DNA of 53,995 bases from a virus. Lineage: Duplodnaviria; Caudoviricetes. The notes below the pieces were generated by a model. It was not told where the DNA came from, searched no databases, and saw nothing but the letters and a program-made list of their open reading frames with translations. This document shows, piece after piece, positions 17,301-25,949 of the stretch. Numbering within the stretch: the stretch's first letter is position 1; each line of letters starts with the position of its first letter. The stretch is taken from positions 1 through 53,995 of IMG/VR virus record IMGVR_UViG_3300013101_000012; one strand, given 5' to 3'. Made by a program: the position numbers and the translations under genes.

Positions 17301-19501
17301 AATCACAAAAGAATTCTACTCTAAATAGAATTATCAACTCTTATAAAGGTAAAAGTGGTTGTTTAGTATCACAAGCATCTTTATGGGAAGTTTATCCAGA
17401 AAGGTATGGTACTACTACATTTCAAGTTTTCACTGGTGTAGATACTAGGGCCCCAGAAGTTATTACTGAAGCCACTGAAGATTTGGTGGATTTGTACCCA
17501 GAAAAGATTATAGAGGTTCCTACTGAGCATAAAGAGTCTTTTGAAGCTGACATTTACGCAGCGTTAAAAGATTTAGCAGGGATAGAAGTTGGTGGAGGGG
17601 CAAGACTCTTCAGACTCAAAGATAAACTTAATAAAATGTTAATTGGTCCCACGTTCTTTCCAGATGTAGTTACACTGGATTTTGATGGACCTGACCAAAT
17701 ACAAAATTTTTCTAGTATTCCTTTTGATTTTAAGCGAATACCACGTTGTATTCATCTCGATTTGGCCCTAACAGGGGATAGATTAGGGATTGCTTCTTCT
17801 TATATTGTTGATTTTGCTATTAGAACTACTCGTGATCCTATTCGTTTAATTGATGTTCGGGAGTCTAGACCCAAGATTCAGGTAGATTTTGCCTTTGCAA
17901 TATCTCCCGTCAAAGGAAAACAAATTCCTTTGTATAAAATTAGGTCGTTTATTAGTTGGCTATCGTCAATCGGATACCCTATTCACTGTATCACGGCAGA
18001 TAGTTTTCAATGCTTTTTGTCAACTACTCTTGTCCCCACAGATTCTGGTTACAAAGAAATTAAAGATATTGAGGTAGGTGATTTAATCCAATCAAGATCA
18101 GGGCCTAAAAAGGTTCTTAACAAGTGGGGGTTTGGGGAACAAGAAACTTTAAAAATTACTACTCAAGAAGGTTTGACTGTTGAAGGGACTGGAAAACACA
18201 AAATAGAGGTGGCCAAAAATCTCAGAAATTATAAGGCTAAAAGGGCATCAGATGCTAGATGGGAGTGGTTAAGACTTGATGAAATTCAAATAGGTGATGT
18301 TGTAAGAACTATGTCCGCTAATGAAACCCTTGTTAAATGTCCTGTAGTTCCTTTAGAACCCCCTGCGATTAATACAGATATAGGTAAGTTTAAGGATTTT
18401 CATTACCCAGAAACTCTAGATGAAGAGTTAGCTGAGTTTTTAGGTTACTTCTCTGGTGATGGTTGTGCGGATACATATTGTATTAGATTGACTTGTAATA
18501 GAGATGACTCTTTAGACTATAAACAGGTTGTTGGGAACCTTGTAGGTGATAGATACTTATTTTCAGAGTGTAATGACCGCTATGCGGATGTCATATATTT
18601 ACATTCTAAAACATTTATTACTTGGTTAAACCATTATAAATTATTAGATAAGTCCTCTATCCCAGAACTTATTTGGAAATCTCCTGTGAGTGTTCAAGCG
18701 GCATTTTTAAGAGGTTTATTCTCTTCGGATGGAACTTGTTCTAAAGAAGATGGGAGAGTTTCTATTAATACTGCTACTCCCCAAATAGCTGAAGATGTTC
18801 AATTAATGCTCCAATGCTCTTTTGGTATTAGATCAAATAGATCAGAACATTTTAGGGAAGGTTTTGGGAAAACTATTTATTTTGTGACTCTATCTGGCCC
18901 TCGACAGAATTTTTATACCCAGATAGGTTTTTCCACGAAGCGAAAGATTGAGATTTTAGAAAAGCACTTAAATATCAAAGGAAGAAATCTTTTATATAAA
19001 GTTCAGTCTATAGAAGGCTCAAAAGGTCTTGTTTTTGATATTGAGGTAGAAGATGACCCTTCTTATGTGGCCAATGGGTTTGTTTCACATAACTCTGCCG
19101 ACCTACTACAACAACTAAAAAGACAAGGATTTAAGACTTTCGTTCAATCTGTCGATAAAACAACTGATGCTTATGTGGCATTAAGAAATACCATATATGA
19201 AGGTGACTGTGTTCTTCCAAACAACAAGATTTTAAAAAGAGAGTTAGAAGAATTAGAGTTCATTAAAGATGGTAAAAAAGTAGATCACCCCGTAGTGTTT
19301 GGCGATGGTATTCCTGGGTCTAAAGATGTTGCCGATGCAGTAGCAGGTAGTGTTTGGACTTGTGTTAATGAAGCAGATACTTTTAGGGCAATTCGCTCTG
19401 CTGAAGAGTTGGCATATAAGATGGAGGCGATGGAACAACAATCACATGATATAAAGGATCAATTATGGCCACAGTTAGCAAGAAAACAAGGACGAGAATA
19501 A
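14369..19501 (+). CDS. terL: terminase large subunit precursor with four inteins (mature protein ~601 aa)
   Basis: After splicing: Walker A GAIGQGK/TT, Walker B AVFS/CLIDE, nuclease motifs IHLDLA, ADSFQ/S and KVDHP..SKDVADAV; lies upstream of portal. Confidence 0.95.
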   Translation: MDLDELSEDQLKGLLSSLEHYQSIPVDMDTFLDDKYYLGAYFGEKGIQPYWREFLKKVFDSPFNSEQWLICLRGAIGQGKCLQKDSTIIKYDGTVVKVQDLVPGDLIMGPDSKSRTILSTHADTGPMFEINPIKGDPWVCNDVHVLTLKKTPQGLNRYGNTRGSTKPEIIDVALDEYLNWSKSQKNLYKLFRVPVDFPEQHPRELDPYFLGVWLGDGTLGEAQITNSDQEILSFLSDFTLKENFSSHTLLDKRTECPRVNITTEKGQPNHLRRYLRDTFSVGKHIPQLNKTGSREERLQLLAGLLDTDGHLVDNVFELTLKEEDFIDDVLFVARSLGFGTSKKLKQVKLKTWDKPRDYFRIKIFGDLDKIPTKVKRKQASPRRQKKDPLKTGFSVIPKGPGEYFGFELDGDGRFLLEDFTVTHNTTIACVGISYDIHRLLCLYNPQGAFGLLPDTIILFAIFNVTMALAQDVVWQTLSGMFARSPYFTEIIKKLPKQKPESNPMFPKNIGLFIGSRLGHTLGKAVFSCLPGSVPIPTIHGEVPLIEIVRNPGDHKVFSYDTALEKAVLGEVTHGQSMGTKEVWKIFLSNGHFIEATQDHKFLLSNNSYKTLAELDYLDALTFFVPPTALQVSSSPVLVVSKEIVGMRQVYDISVEPHHNFATSAGIFAHNCFAGDTEIPLLDGSVVKIKDLVGNYKDKYTISVDLTRKSVVPGKIIAAAKTGTRKVYKVTFDNGKSFKCTADHKILHRSGKYKELRYFEVGDAVFSINSHTGKSGHTKIRNPYTGEYEALHHHIMAWKLGNKLGYNIHHKDLDKLNNNPENLCLLSKSKAMSKFYSEDNREEVLRVRKAGWRTRILKKSYREYSDTGFIPDINVNVLRKYFNDDITEYLECVKEYNHKIVSIEYVGVEDVYDITVDKYHNFTTQTNVVVSNCLIDEANFEIVHGQVYESFLSILRRMESRFSSNAPVGTGRVWLVSSESQKNSTLNRIINSYKGKSGCLVSQASLWEVYPERYGTTTFQVFTGVDTRAPEVITEATEDLVDLYPEKIIEVPTEHKESFEADIYAALKDLAGIEVGGGARLFRLKDKLNKMLIGPTFFPDVVTLDFDGPDQIQNFSSIPFDFKRIPRCIHLDLALTGDRLGIASSYIVDFAIRTTRDPIRLIDVRESRPKIQVDFAFAISPVKGKQIPLYKIRSFISWLSSIGYPIHCITADSFQCFLSTTLVPTDSGYKEIKDIEVGDLIQSRSGPKKVLNKWGFGEQETLKITTQEGLTVEGTGKHKIEVAKNLRNYKAKRASDARWEWLRLDEIQIGDVVRTMSANETLVKCPVVPLEPPAINTDIGKFKDFHYPETLDEELAEFLGYFSGDGCADTYCIRLTCNRDDSLDYKQVVGNLVGDRYLFSECNDRYADVIYLHSKTFITWLNHYKLLDKSSIPELIWKSPVSVQAAFLRGLFSSDGTCSKEDGRVSINTATPQIAEDVQLMLQCSFGIRSNRSEHFREGFGKTIYFVTLSGPRQNFYTQIGFSTKRKIEILEKHLNIKGRNLLYKVQSIEGSKGLVFDIEVEDDPSYVANGFVSHNSADLLQQLKRQGFKTFVQSVDKTTDAYVALRNTIYEGDCVLPNNKILKRELEELEFIKDGKKVDHPVVFGDGIPGSKDVADAVAGSVWTCVNEADTFRAIRSAEELAYKMEAMEQQSHDIKDQLWPQLARKQGRE
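14609..15640 (+). mobile_element. intein 1 (344 aa, LAGLIDADG endonuclease) in Walker A
   Basis: C-LQKDST...FTVTHN/T; LGVWLGDG and LAGLLDTDG. Confidence 0.95.
15950..16378 (+). mobile_element. intein 2 (143-aa mini-intein) at Walker B
   Basis: CLPGSV..IEATQDHKFL..VYDISVEPHHNF..IFAHN/C. Confidence 0.93.
16379..17161 (+). mobile_element. intein 3 (261 aa, HNH endonuclease, ends Ser-Asn), directly abutting intein 2
   Basis: CFAGDT..KCTADHKIL..IHHKDLDKLNNNPENL..VYDITVDKYHNF..VVSN/C. Confidence 0.93.
18011..19093 (+). mobile_element. intein 4 (361 aa, LAGLIDADG endonuclease) in the nuclease domain
   Basis: CFLSTT..GTGKHKI..LGYFSGDG..LRGLFSSDG..ANGFVSHN/S. Confidence 0.95.
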
Positions 19502-19604
19502 CTTCGATAATACCCAGAAATAAGTGTAGTAAATGTGGCAGGTATAGACTGCAAACTTATTCTTCTACTATCTTGGGTTTAAGTATTATAAATTTACTTT
19601 TACT

Positions 19605-19613
19605 TGGTATAAT
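19605..19613 (+). promoter_or_regulatory. extended -10 element TGGTATAAT
   Basis: Perfect TGnTATAAT in an intergenic region. Confidence 0.45.
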
Positions 19614-19718
19614 AATTTATAAAATGGGTGCTTAGGGGAGTCTTATTAACTATATAATTATTGAGATAAACTGCCTACCTCCAAGTTCGCTTCCTCTAAG
19701 TGCCTGATTTGAGGTTTC

Positions 19719-19928
19719 TTGAAAAAACATAAACCAATGCTGATAGCTGATATAGATATTTATGCTCTCGAATTTATCGGTTCCTCATGTCAAATGTGTA
19801 ATAAAGTTATTACCAGAGGGTACAAGGGGATAACTGCGATGAGTTTGTTTTGTCCAAAATGTTATAAGAAGCGTTCTTGGGGGGATGACTTAGTGGTTTG
19901 TGCTGATAAAGATAAGAATTCTTTTTAA
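19719..19928 (+). CDS. small Zn-ribbon protein (CQMC..CPKC)
   Basis: GAGG before TTG; two CxxC motifs. Confidence 0.6.
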   Translation: MKKHKPMLIADIDIYALEFIGSSCQMCNKVITRGYKGITAMSLFCPKCYKKRSWGDDLVVCADKDKNSF

Positions 19929-20018
19929 CAGATGTAGTTTTTTTCTTTGTTTCTTATTTAATGGAAATATGAGTAGAATTAAAAGAAAAAGGTAATAAGG
20001 TAATAAAGAGAGACAACA

Positions 20019-20288
20019 ATGAATGTAACAGGATATTTAATCTCCAGGGATGAGGCAGTTCAAGAAGGACAGTACCGACTTTCGTACCTCGAAATGGGTC
20101 AAAGTAGGGACTTAGGGACGTTTGAATTAGCTATGATAACTCAAGCCATTCAATCAGATATGAGTCAGTCCCAACAAGCGAATACAAACCCATATACCCA
20201 AAATGATCAGGCTGCCGCTGCAAGTGGTGCTAGTGATAGTTTTGGTGAATCTTTTGCAGTAAAGATACTAGACCAAATAGGCAAATAA
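20019..20288 (+). CDS. hypothetical protein with C-terminal GESFAVKILDQ motif
   Basis: ORF coupled to the next gene. Confidence 0.7.
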   Translation: MNVTGYLISRDEAVQEGQYRLSYLEMGQSRDLGTFELAMITQAIQSDMSQSQQANTNPYTQNDQAAAASGASDSFGESFAVKILDQIGK

Positions 20289-20875
20289 TGTCCGCCCTAT
20301 ATTTAAATTCCCTTTTAGAGAGTTTAATTTTAACAGACTACACTGAGTATCTTGAAAAAGTAGGAGAGGCATATCTCGCAAGACCTGTTGTCGAAGAACA
20401 ATATGTTTCTTCTTGGATGATTTTAATTGCTCACATAGAAAAACTTTTTGAGCAGATTAAAAACTCAATTGAGTTTACGGAGGATGATCCCTACGAGTCA
20501 TCTGTCTCCATGATTAAAGATTATAAAACAACAGGAAAGATGAAAATTTTCACTGGCGCGTCAGAACATCCTGTTTGGACACCTGAGCAGAATTGGAGGT
20601 TTAGGGCAGTACATGATTGGTATGGTCATTTGTTGGGCGCGAAGAGTGGGGGCCATACATTTTCAAGGCGTGGTGAGCTGAATACGTATAATCGTCACGC
20701 AAAAATGGCCCCGCCAAAGGCCCGGTTAGCTTTATTCACAGAAATTGTAGGTCAGTTAGGTGCTTATTATAATGCAGGTGCAAACGCAGAACAAAAAGTA
20801 ACTAAGCTTTGGGGTTTTGACTATGATAAGGTCGGGGCTATTGATCTTCAAGAATACGAAAGGAACTTCAAGTGA
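20288..20875 (+). CDS. conserved phage protein with FRAVHDxxGH (zincin-like) motif and leader MSALYLNSLLE
   Basis: NWRFRAVHDWYGH..FSRRGE..LFTEIVGQ. Confidence 0.65.
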   Translation: MSALYLNSLLESLILTDYTEYLEKVGEAYLARPVVEEQYVSSWMILIAHIEKLFEQIKNSIEFTEDDPYESSVSMIKDYKTTGKMKIFTGASEHPVWTPEQNWRFRAVHDWYGHLLGAKSGGHTFSRRGELNTYNRHAKMAPPKARLALFTEIVGQLGAYYNAGANAEQKVTKLWGFDYDKVGAIDLQEYERNFK

Positions 20876-22698
20876 AAAAAGAAACAGGAAATGAGTTCAC
20901 AGAACGGGTAAGTCGCTTATTGGATAATGAACAAAAGCATTTTACTGAGCCCTATAGACGAATGCTTAAAGAAGCGATGACCTTTGGAACGGATAATACT
21001 TTTGATTATCATACAAGTGCTTCACTAGCGTCTATCTACACCCGTGTTTCTACAATACGAAAAGAAATTTATGTAAAGATAGATCGAATTAAACGATATT
21101 ATATCGTCGATTTAATGCTCTCTCAGTTGGTTGATGATTCTTTGACACCTCAGGTGGGAACTAATTTAGTTGTCGAGCTTGGCTCTGACGAAGAGATGAT
21201 TGATGAAGAGATGAAGGCCCTGTCAGATAGGATTGATTTAAACGCAATGGTAAAGGATATTGCTGCTGATCTTTTCTCTTATGGTGAATATTATTTATCA
21301 ACTGTAATAAGACCTAAATCACAAGTTAAATCGGCCCCTGTTGTTATTCCAGGGCATAACCCAGGCCTTTTCCATGAGGCGGTACAGAAAAGTATCATAC
21401 ATGAAGATATGATAATTAGAAAACGTATCAAAACTAAGATACCTAATTATCAAGTTTCTCATTACGGATTAATTAATGTTTTAGATAATGTCGATCAAGG
21501 AAAAATTGTTACTCTCACTTACCATGGAGAGGTAGCAACATACTTAATGGTAAATGGAAAAGGAGATTTAGAGGTTAGAGAGCCTGCCGATTTTATTCGG
21601 TTTTCTCTCCCAGGCCACAGGGTCAGAATTGACCTTCATAAAGAGATAGAATATTTAACTCAAAATTCTAAGATGTTAAAGAATCCAGAAATCTTAGAAA
21701 AAATTCCAAGATACTTAAGAGTTGGCAAGTCACTTATTTGGCCAATTATTGATAAGCTTGGAGAGCTTGAGATACTAGAAGCCCTTGTACCTGCTACTAA
21801 ACTAAACAAGATTACTACAGGTTCTATCGTAGGATTTAATGTTCCTGCAGGTATGGATGTAGATAGAGCGTTAGAAGCATCAAAAAGGCTAGAAGGTATT
21901 TTAAACAGAAAACAAGGGGTTGATCCTACTACTGGTGAAATGACCGTAACAGAAATCATGTCGGCAGCAGGGAGAATTAAAACAGTCCCAATCTTTGGTG
22001 AAAAGGGGACATTGGGCCCACTTAATTTTCACACAAATGATCCAGAAGACCTGCTCAGCTCTATTCAGGATTTGAGAAGAACTATTTGTGAGTCTATTGG
22101 GATTCCATATGAACTTATCTTTAAGTCTGAAGAACAGTCAAAAGGTCAGATTTTAAAGAAATACGCTAGATACTTAAGAAAATTAAAAGGTATCCAGTTG
22201 GCTTTAGAAGAAGGTTTAAGGCAAATGGCCTATATCCATTTATCAAATGCAGACTTAAAATTTGATGAAGATAAACTCTATGTTAAATTTTTCACCCCCT
22301 TAGTAGATGTTGATAACTTAGATCAACTAGAATTTACTGATGCTAGTGTTGGTATTTTGGCAAACCTTTTAGGATTTATTCAAACACTACAAGAGATTCC
22401 TTTTATGACAAAACGGGTTAATCCCAAAGCAGTTACTGAGTATATCAATGCTCAGTTGGGTACAGTGGGTTTAGATAATATTCTTTACACAGATGAAGAA
22501 CTTAAGAAGATGGGGATCGACCCTAATGAGGTGAATAAAGCCCCACCAACACCGACAGATATGCCGCCCCCAGCGGGTGGAGTACCTCCATTAGCAAATG
22601 CACCTATGCCTCCTGCAGGAGGGGGGCCTATAGCCCCCCCAATCCCGCCTGCAGGTCCTGGAGGAATCCAAGGCCCAGTGGCCCCCCCGGTAACTTAA
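20872..22698 (+). CDS. portal protein (T4 gp20-like) with Pro-rich C-terminal tail
   Basis: Size and synteny between terminase and protease; DLFSYGEYYL, RVGKSLI, ICESIGIPYELIF. Confidence 0.85.
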   Translation: MKKETGNEFTERVSRLLDNEQKHFTEPYRRMLKEAMTFGTDNTFDYHTSASLASIYTRVSTIRKEIYVKIDRIKRYYIVDLMLSQLVDDSLTPQVGTNLVVELGSDEEMIDEEMKALSDRIDLNAMVKDIAADLFSYGEYYLSTVIRPKSQVKSAPVVIPGHNPGLFHEAVQKSIIHEDMIIRKRIKTKIPNYQVSHYGLINVLDNVDQGKIVTLTYHGEVATYLMVNGKGDLEVREPADFIRFSLPGHRVRIDLHKEIEYLTQNSKMLKNPEILEKIPRYLRVGKSLIWPIIDKLGELEILEALVPATKLNKITTGSIVGFNVPAGMDVDRALEASKRLEGILNRKQGVDPTTGEMTVTEIMSAAGRIKTVPIFGEKGTLGPLNFHTNDPEDLLSSIQDLRRTICESIGIPYELIFKSEEQSKGQILKKYARYLRKLKGIQLALEEGLRQMAYIHLSNADLKFDEDKLYVKFFTPLVDVDNLDQLEFTDASVGILANLLGFIQTLQEIPFMTKRVNPKAVTEYINAQLGTVGLDNILYTDEELKKMGIDPNEVNKAPPTPTDMPPPAGGVPPLANAPMPPAGGGPIAPPIPPAGPGGIQGPVAPPVT

Positions 22699-22937
22699 TG
22701 GTTGAGCAGATTAAAGGTGAGGATATTTGGTGCAATAAATGTGAACAATATCTTCCAATGGATCAGTTTGCTAAAAACTGGAGGAATGTTAACAGAAGAT
22801 GTTATTGTTATAAGTGTAGAGACTGTCAAAGATCCGATTATTTGGATCGTAAAAGAAAAAATAAAGGTGTGCTAAGAAAAAGAAAAAACAAAAGGGATGA
22901 GGTTTTTATAACTTATGGAGACGAAATTTTTTGCTAA
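22698..22937 (+). CDS. Zn-finger protein resembling the N-terminal domain of HNH/endonuclease VII homing nucleases
   Basis: CNKC..QFAKN..CRDC. Confidence 0.6.
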   Translation: MVEQIKGEDIWCNKCEQYLPMDQFAKNWRNVNRRCYCYKCRDCQRSDYLDRKRKNKGVLRKRKNKRDEVFITYGDEIFC

Positions 22938-22967
22938 GTGTAGACTCTTAGTAGAAGATTAAACAAG

Positions 22968-23756
22968 ATGACAAGAAAATATGGAATGGGGCCTATGCGG
23001 TCCTCTGATTTTGTTACTACTAATGAACTTAATTATTTAAGGCAAGAAGCAAAAAAATTAGATATCCCAATAGATGACATGGACTTTGAAGAAGAATTTG
23101 AAGGTCTGACCCCTGCGAGAAAACAGTGGATGGCAAAACGTGCTGAAATAAGTTTTTTGCAGAAGATATTTGGTGGGGTTGAGGTTGAGGAAGATGCGTC
23201 AACTAATGGCCTTGGGGCCATGCCAATGCCAGTTATTACTGGGGGAAAACCTCAAGCTAGGCCAGGCGAAATTATTAAACGTAAGCATAAGAAAAAGAAG
23301 AAGAAGAAAGGGGATCGTTACCATTACAAGGAGAGTACTGTGGGCAAAGCGAATCAATTATTAAATTTAATCGAGAAATCTACGGCTCCAGACAGCTTTA
23401 GCGTTTCTCAAACAATTCCTTCTATTGAAGAAGCACCAGAAACTTTAGGAAGAAGCACTTCTGGTGGGCCATCTTTGGCCAAGAATCAAATTTCCACGAG
23501 TCACTATGGAAGAACTAGTGGTTTGGGTTTAGCGAAGCCACAAGCTGCGAGCTATAAAGCATCAAGCCCAACTATTTCAGAAGAACCTTCATTGATAGGT
23601 GGTAGTGCTTCTACTGAACTATCAAACCCAGTACAAGAACCTAAAACTTCTCATGGCCAATGGTCTGCAAAGAATCCTTCTTTAGATTATGAAGGGGAGA
23701 TACAGACGAGCCCAAGAGGTTTAGGTAAAAATCAAGTACCCGGATCTTCATACTAG
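22968..23756 (+). CDS. low-complexity protein with internal RBS plus GTG (23340, GKANQLLNLIE) and Ser/Gly repeats
   Basis: AAGGAG before in-frame GTG; repeated LAK(N/P)Q units. Confidence 0.65.
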   Translation: MTRKYGMGPMRSSDFVTTNELNYLRQEAKKLDIPIDDMDFEEEFEGLTPARKQWMAKRAEISFLQKIFGGVEVEEDASTNGLGAMPMPVITGGKPQARPGEIIKRKHKKKKKKKGDRYHYKESTVGKANQLLNLIEKSTAPDSFSVSQTIPSIEEAPETLGRSTSGGPSLAKNQISTSHYGRTSGLGLAKPQAASYKASSPTISEEPSLIGGSASTELSNPVQEPKTSHGQWSAKNPSLDYEGEIQTSPRGLGKNQVPGSSY

Positions 23757-23764
23757 AGGTAATT

Positions 23765-24322
23765 ATGAACGCAAATCGTTTGTTAAAATTGCTCGAGGAA
23801 GCTGACTTTGAGTTATGGTCGCCAGATAATACTGTTCCAAAAGGATCAAATATTATGATGGGGAATGAGGAAGTTAAACACTTTGAACACTCTTATGCCA
23901 CAAACCCTGTGACTATCAAAAATCACATGGACAGTCATTTGATTGCTTCTTATTACCCTCATGTATCTGTAGAGAGCAGTAGCTATAGTAAAAAGGGCCT
24001 AAAAATAAAGTTTATGGATGAACGGGCCGGAAGCTCCTGCACCTACACCTTCTCAGTGGATTCAGCCACTATGCGAAGTTATGTTGAAGGTGAAGGTAGA
24101 AAGCTGGATATTACCAAGTGGTATGTTCCTCATTCATTAGATGAAAATGGGGACAGATTTCCTAGTTTTCAAAAATTAGATTGGATCGAACCTGTTCTAT
24201 TAAGTTCTTTGTTTGGGACACCTGCGCAGAATTGGCCATCAAAAGTAGGCCCACAAGGTTATGGCCCAAATTCATCAAGAACTTACGATGCCTATGGCAA
24301 TGTAAAAACTAGGGAAAGATGA
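23765..24322 (+). CDS. hypothetical protein with leader MNANRLLKLLEE
   Basis: GAGGT RBS. Confidence 0.75.
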   Translation: MNANRLLKLLEEADFELWSPDNTVPKGSNIMMGNEEVKHFEHSYATNPVTIKNHMDSHLIASYYPHVSVESSSYSKKGLKIKFMDERAGSSCTYTFSVDSATMRSYVEGEGRKLDITKWYVPHSLDENGDRFPSFQKLDWIEPVLLSSLFGTPAQNWPSKVGPQGYGPNSSRTYDAYGNVKTRER

Positions 24323-24537
24323 AGCAAGCTGATACTTTGAACTCACTTATTGAGGTCATAGAAGACCGAAGAAGTGAAGAAGAACGAAGAGAGGGCCCAG
24401 ATTCTAGGCGGGCTAACCCGATGCCTGATCATATTTCACCAAGCGAGAGAGATAGAAGGGTAAAAGTCAGGCGGGTTAAAGACCAAATAAAAAAAGCTGG
24501 GCGGGATGATTTTAAGAAAAAACATAGAGAAGAGTAA
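24319..24537 (+). CDS. Arg-rich protein (DRR/ERR repeats) with leader MKQADTLNSLIE
   Basis: ATGA overlap. Confidence 0.7.
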   Translation: MKQADTLNSLIEVIEDRRSEEERREGPDSRRANPMPDHISPSERDRRVKVRRVKDQIKKAGRDDFKKKHREE

Positions 24538-25340
24538 TGTTTCCATGGCAAGAAATAGCAAAAGAACAGTTGGAAAGAACACTAGGCCCTCTAGATGTAC
24601 GGGAATATGATCAACACTATGTAGCTCTTACTGATGCTGGTGGCTATGCTTATGAAGTCTATAAAGACATGCAAACAGCAGAAGGTATCGCAATAAACAA
24701 TATTTACCTAGCTTGGAGATCAGATTCCCAAAAATACGATGGTATGTTTAAGAGCCACCCAGAACTCTTCAGTATTCCTGACGGGAATTTAGATGGGATA
24801 GCTGCTGATATGTCTAAGGTTGTTACCCACTTTAAAGTAGATGCCCTTATAACCTCTTATGATTTAGAGAGTTCTCAGGAATATAAGAAGTATGATTTGG
24901 CAAAAAAGAGAAAGGCCCAGAATAAAGATAACCAAAAAGATATTAAAATCTCTTATTCACAATCAAATTCTAGCGTTGAAAAAGACTTCTTAAGAAACAA
25001 TTTACTCTCCTTAAAAGCACAACAAGGTTCTATAGATGATGATTTAGATGCATCAGAAGATATTCTGTACGAATTGGCAGCAAAAATTCATCACGAGGAT
25101 ATTATACATCAGATAAAAGGTGATCCCATGGAGTTTATCCAGACGGAACTTGGATTTGATGACGTGATGGATTCTCCTTGGGTTAATTTCGATTTTTGGG
25201 AGATGGCCCGTGTGATTTTAAAAGATGAGGGACTTGGGAATATCCTTTCAGGGAACATAGAGACTATGCAAGGTGGTCGAGTTTTGAATACAGTGAAGGG
25301 AAAATCAAATGAGTCTCGGAGAAATTATGAAGTTCCATGA
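24537..25340 (+). CDS. hypothetical protein
   Basis: TAATG coupling; 267 aa. Confidence 0.75.
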   Translation: MFPWQEIAKEQLERTLGPLDVREYDQHYVALTDAGGYAYEVYKDMQTAEGIAINNIYLAWRSDSQKYDGMFKSHPELFSIPDGNLDGIAADMSKVVTHFKVDALITSYDLESSQEYKKYDLAKKRKAQNKDNQKDIKISYSQSNSSVEKDFLRNNLLSLKAQQGSIDDDLDASEDILYELAAKIHHEDIIHQIKGDPMEFIQTELGFDDVMDSPWVNFDFWEMARVILKDEGLGNILSGNIETMQGGRVLNTVKGKSNESRRNYEVP

Positions 25341-25941
25341 TACAATATCTTTACAAATGTTTTTAGTAGAATGTGGAAGGTTCGATTTACTATCAAAAGT
25401 ATCTGAGGATTTTACTCCAGATGATGATCTTATTGAGGTGCTTGTTAAATCAAGAAATAAACTTATTCCCAAGAAACCAGATTTTGCCAAGAGTCAGGAG
25501 ATGAAAAGTAAATGGAACACTATAAAAGGTAAACTTATGAAGGGAATCCAAACCTTTCATAGCTCTACAGCAGGGAAAAGATTTCACCGGGCCTTGAATA
25601 GGTTTTTGGCCACGAGAATGGGCCGGATAAAAAGAGATGATGTAGATACTAAAGGTCATAGAAACCATAATGATCCTGAAGAGGAAGGGGGATTAAGGAA
25701 TAAAGATAGGAAAGAGGAGTCCTATAATGAAAAAGTGGAGTTTCTTAAAGCAGTATCTTCATATATCACTCATCTTCATATTGAAAATGAGTATTTCCAC
25801 CCATTAAGTGAAGAGGTGTCTTTTACAGAGTTTTTCAATGTTGCAATTCCTCTACTCCGCCATATAGAATTGAAGGTACTTAATGAAGAAGCTTTGGATA
25901 GCATTGAGATGGACTTTATAGAAACCGTCACATTGAATTAA
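25309..25941 (+). CDS. hypothetical protein, possible prohead core component
   Basis: Immediately upstream of the protease, as T4 core genes are; synteny only. Confidence 0.5.
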   Translation: MSLGEIMKFHDTISLQMFLVECGRFDLLSKVSEDFTPDDDLIEVLVKSRNKLIPKKPDFAKSQEMKSKWNTIKGKLMKGIQTFHSSTAGKRFHRALNRFLATRMGRIKRDDVDTKGHRNHNDPEEEGGLRNKDRKEESYNEKVEFLKAVSSYITHLHIENEYFHPLSEEVSFTEFFNVAIPLLRHIELKVLNEEALDSIEMDFIETVTLN

Positions 25942-25949
25942 GAGATATT

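Noticed and set aside
20872-20935. Portal N-terminus ERVSRLLD as a leader copy
   Set aside because: Weak match: it lacks the terminal Glu and could be any amphipathic helix.
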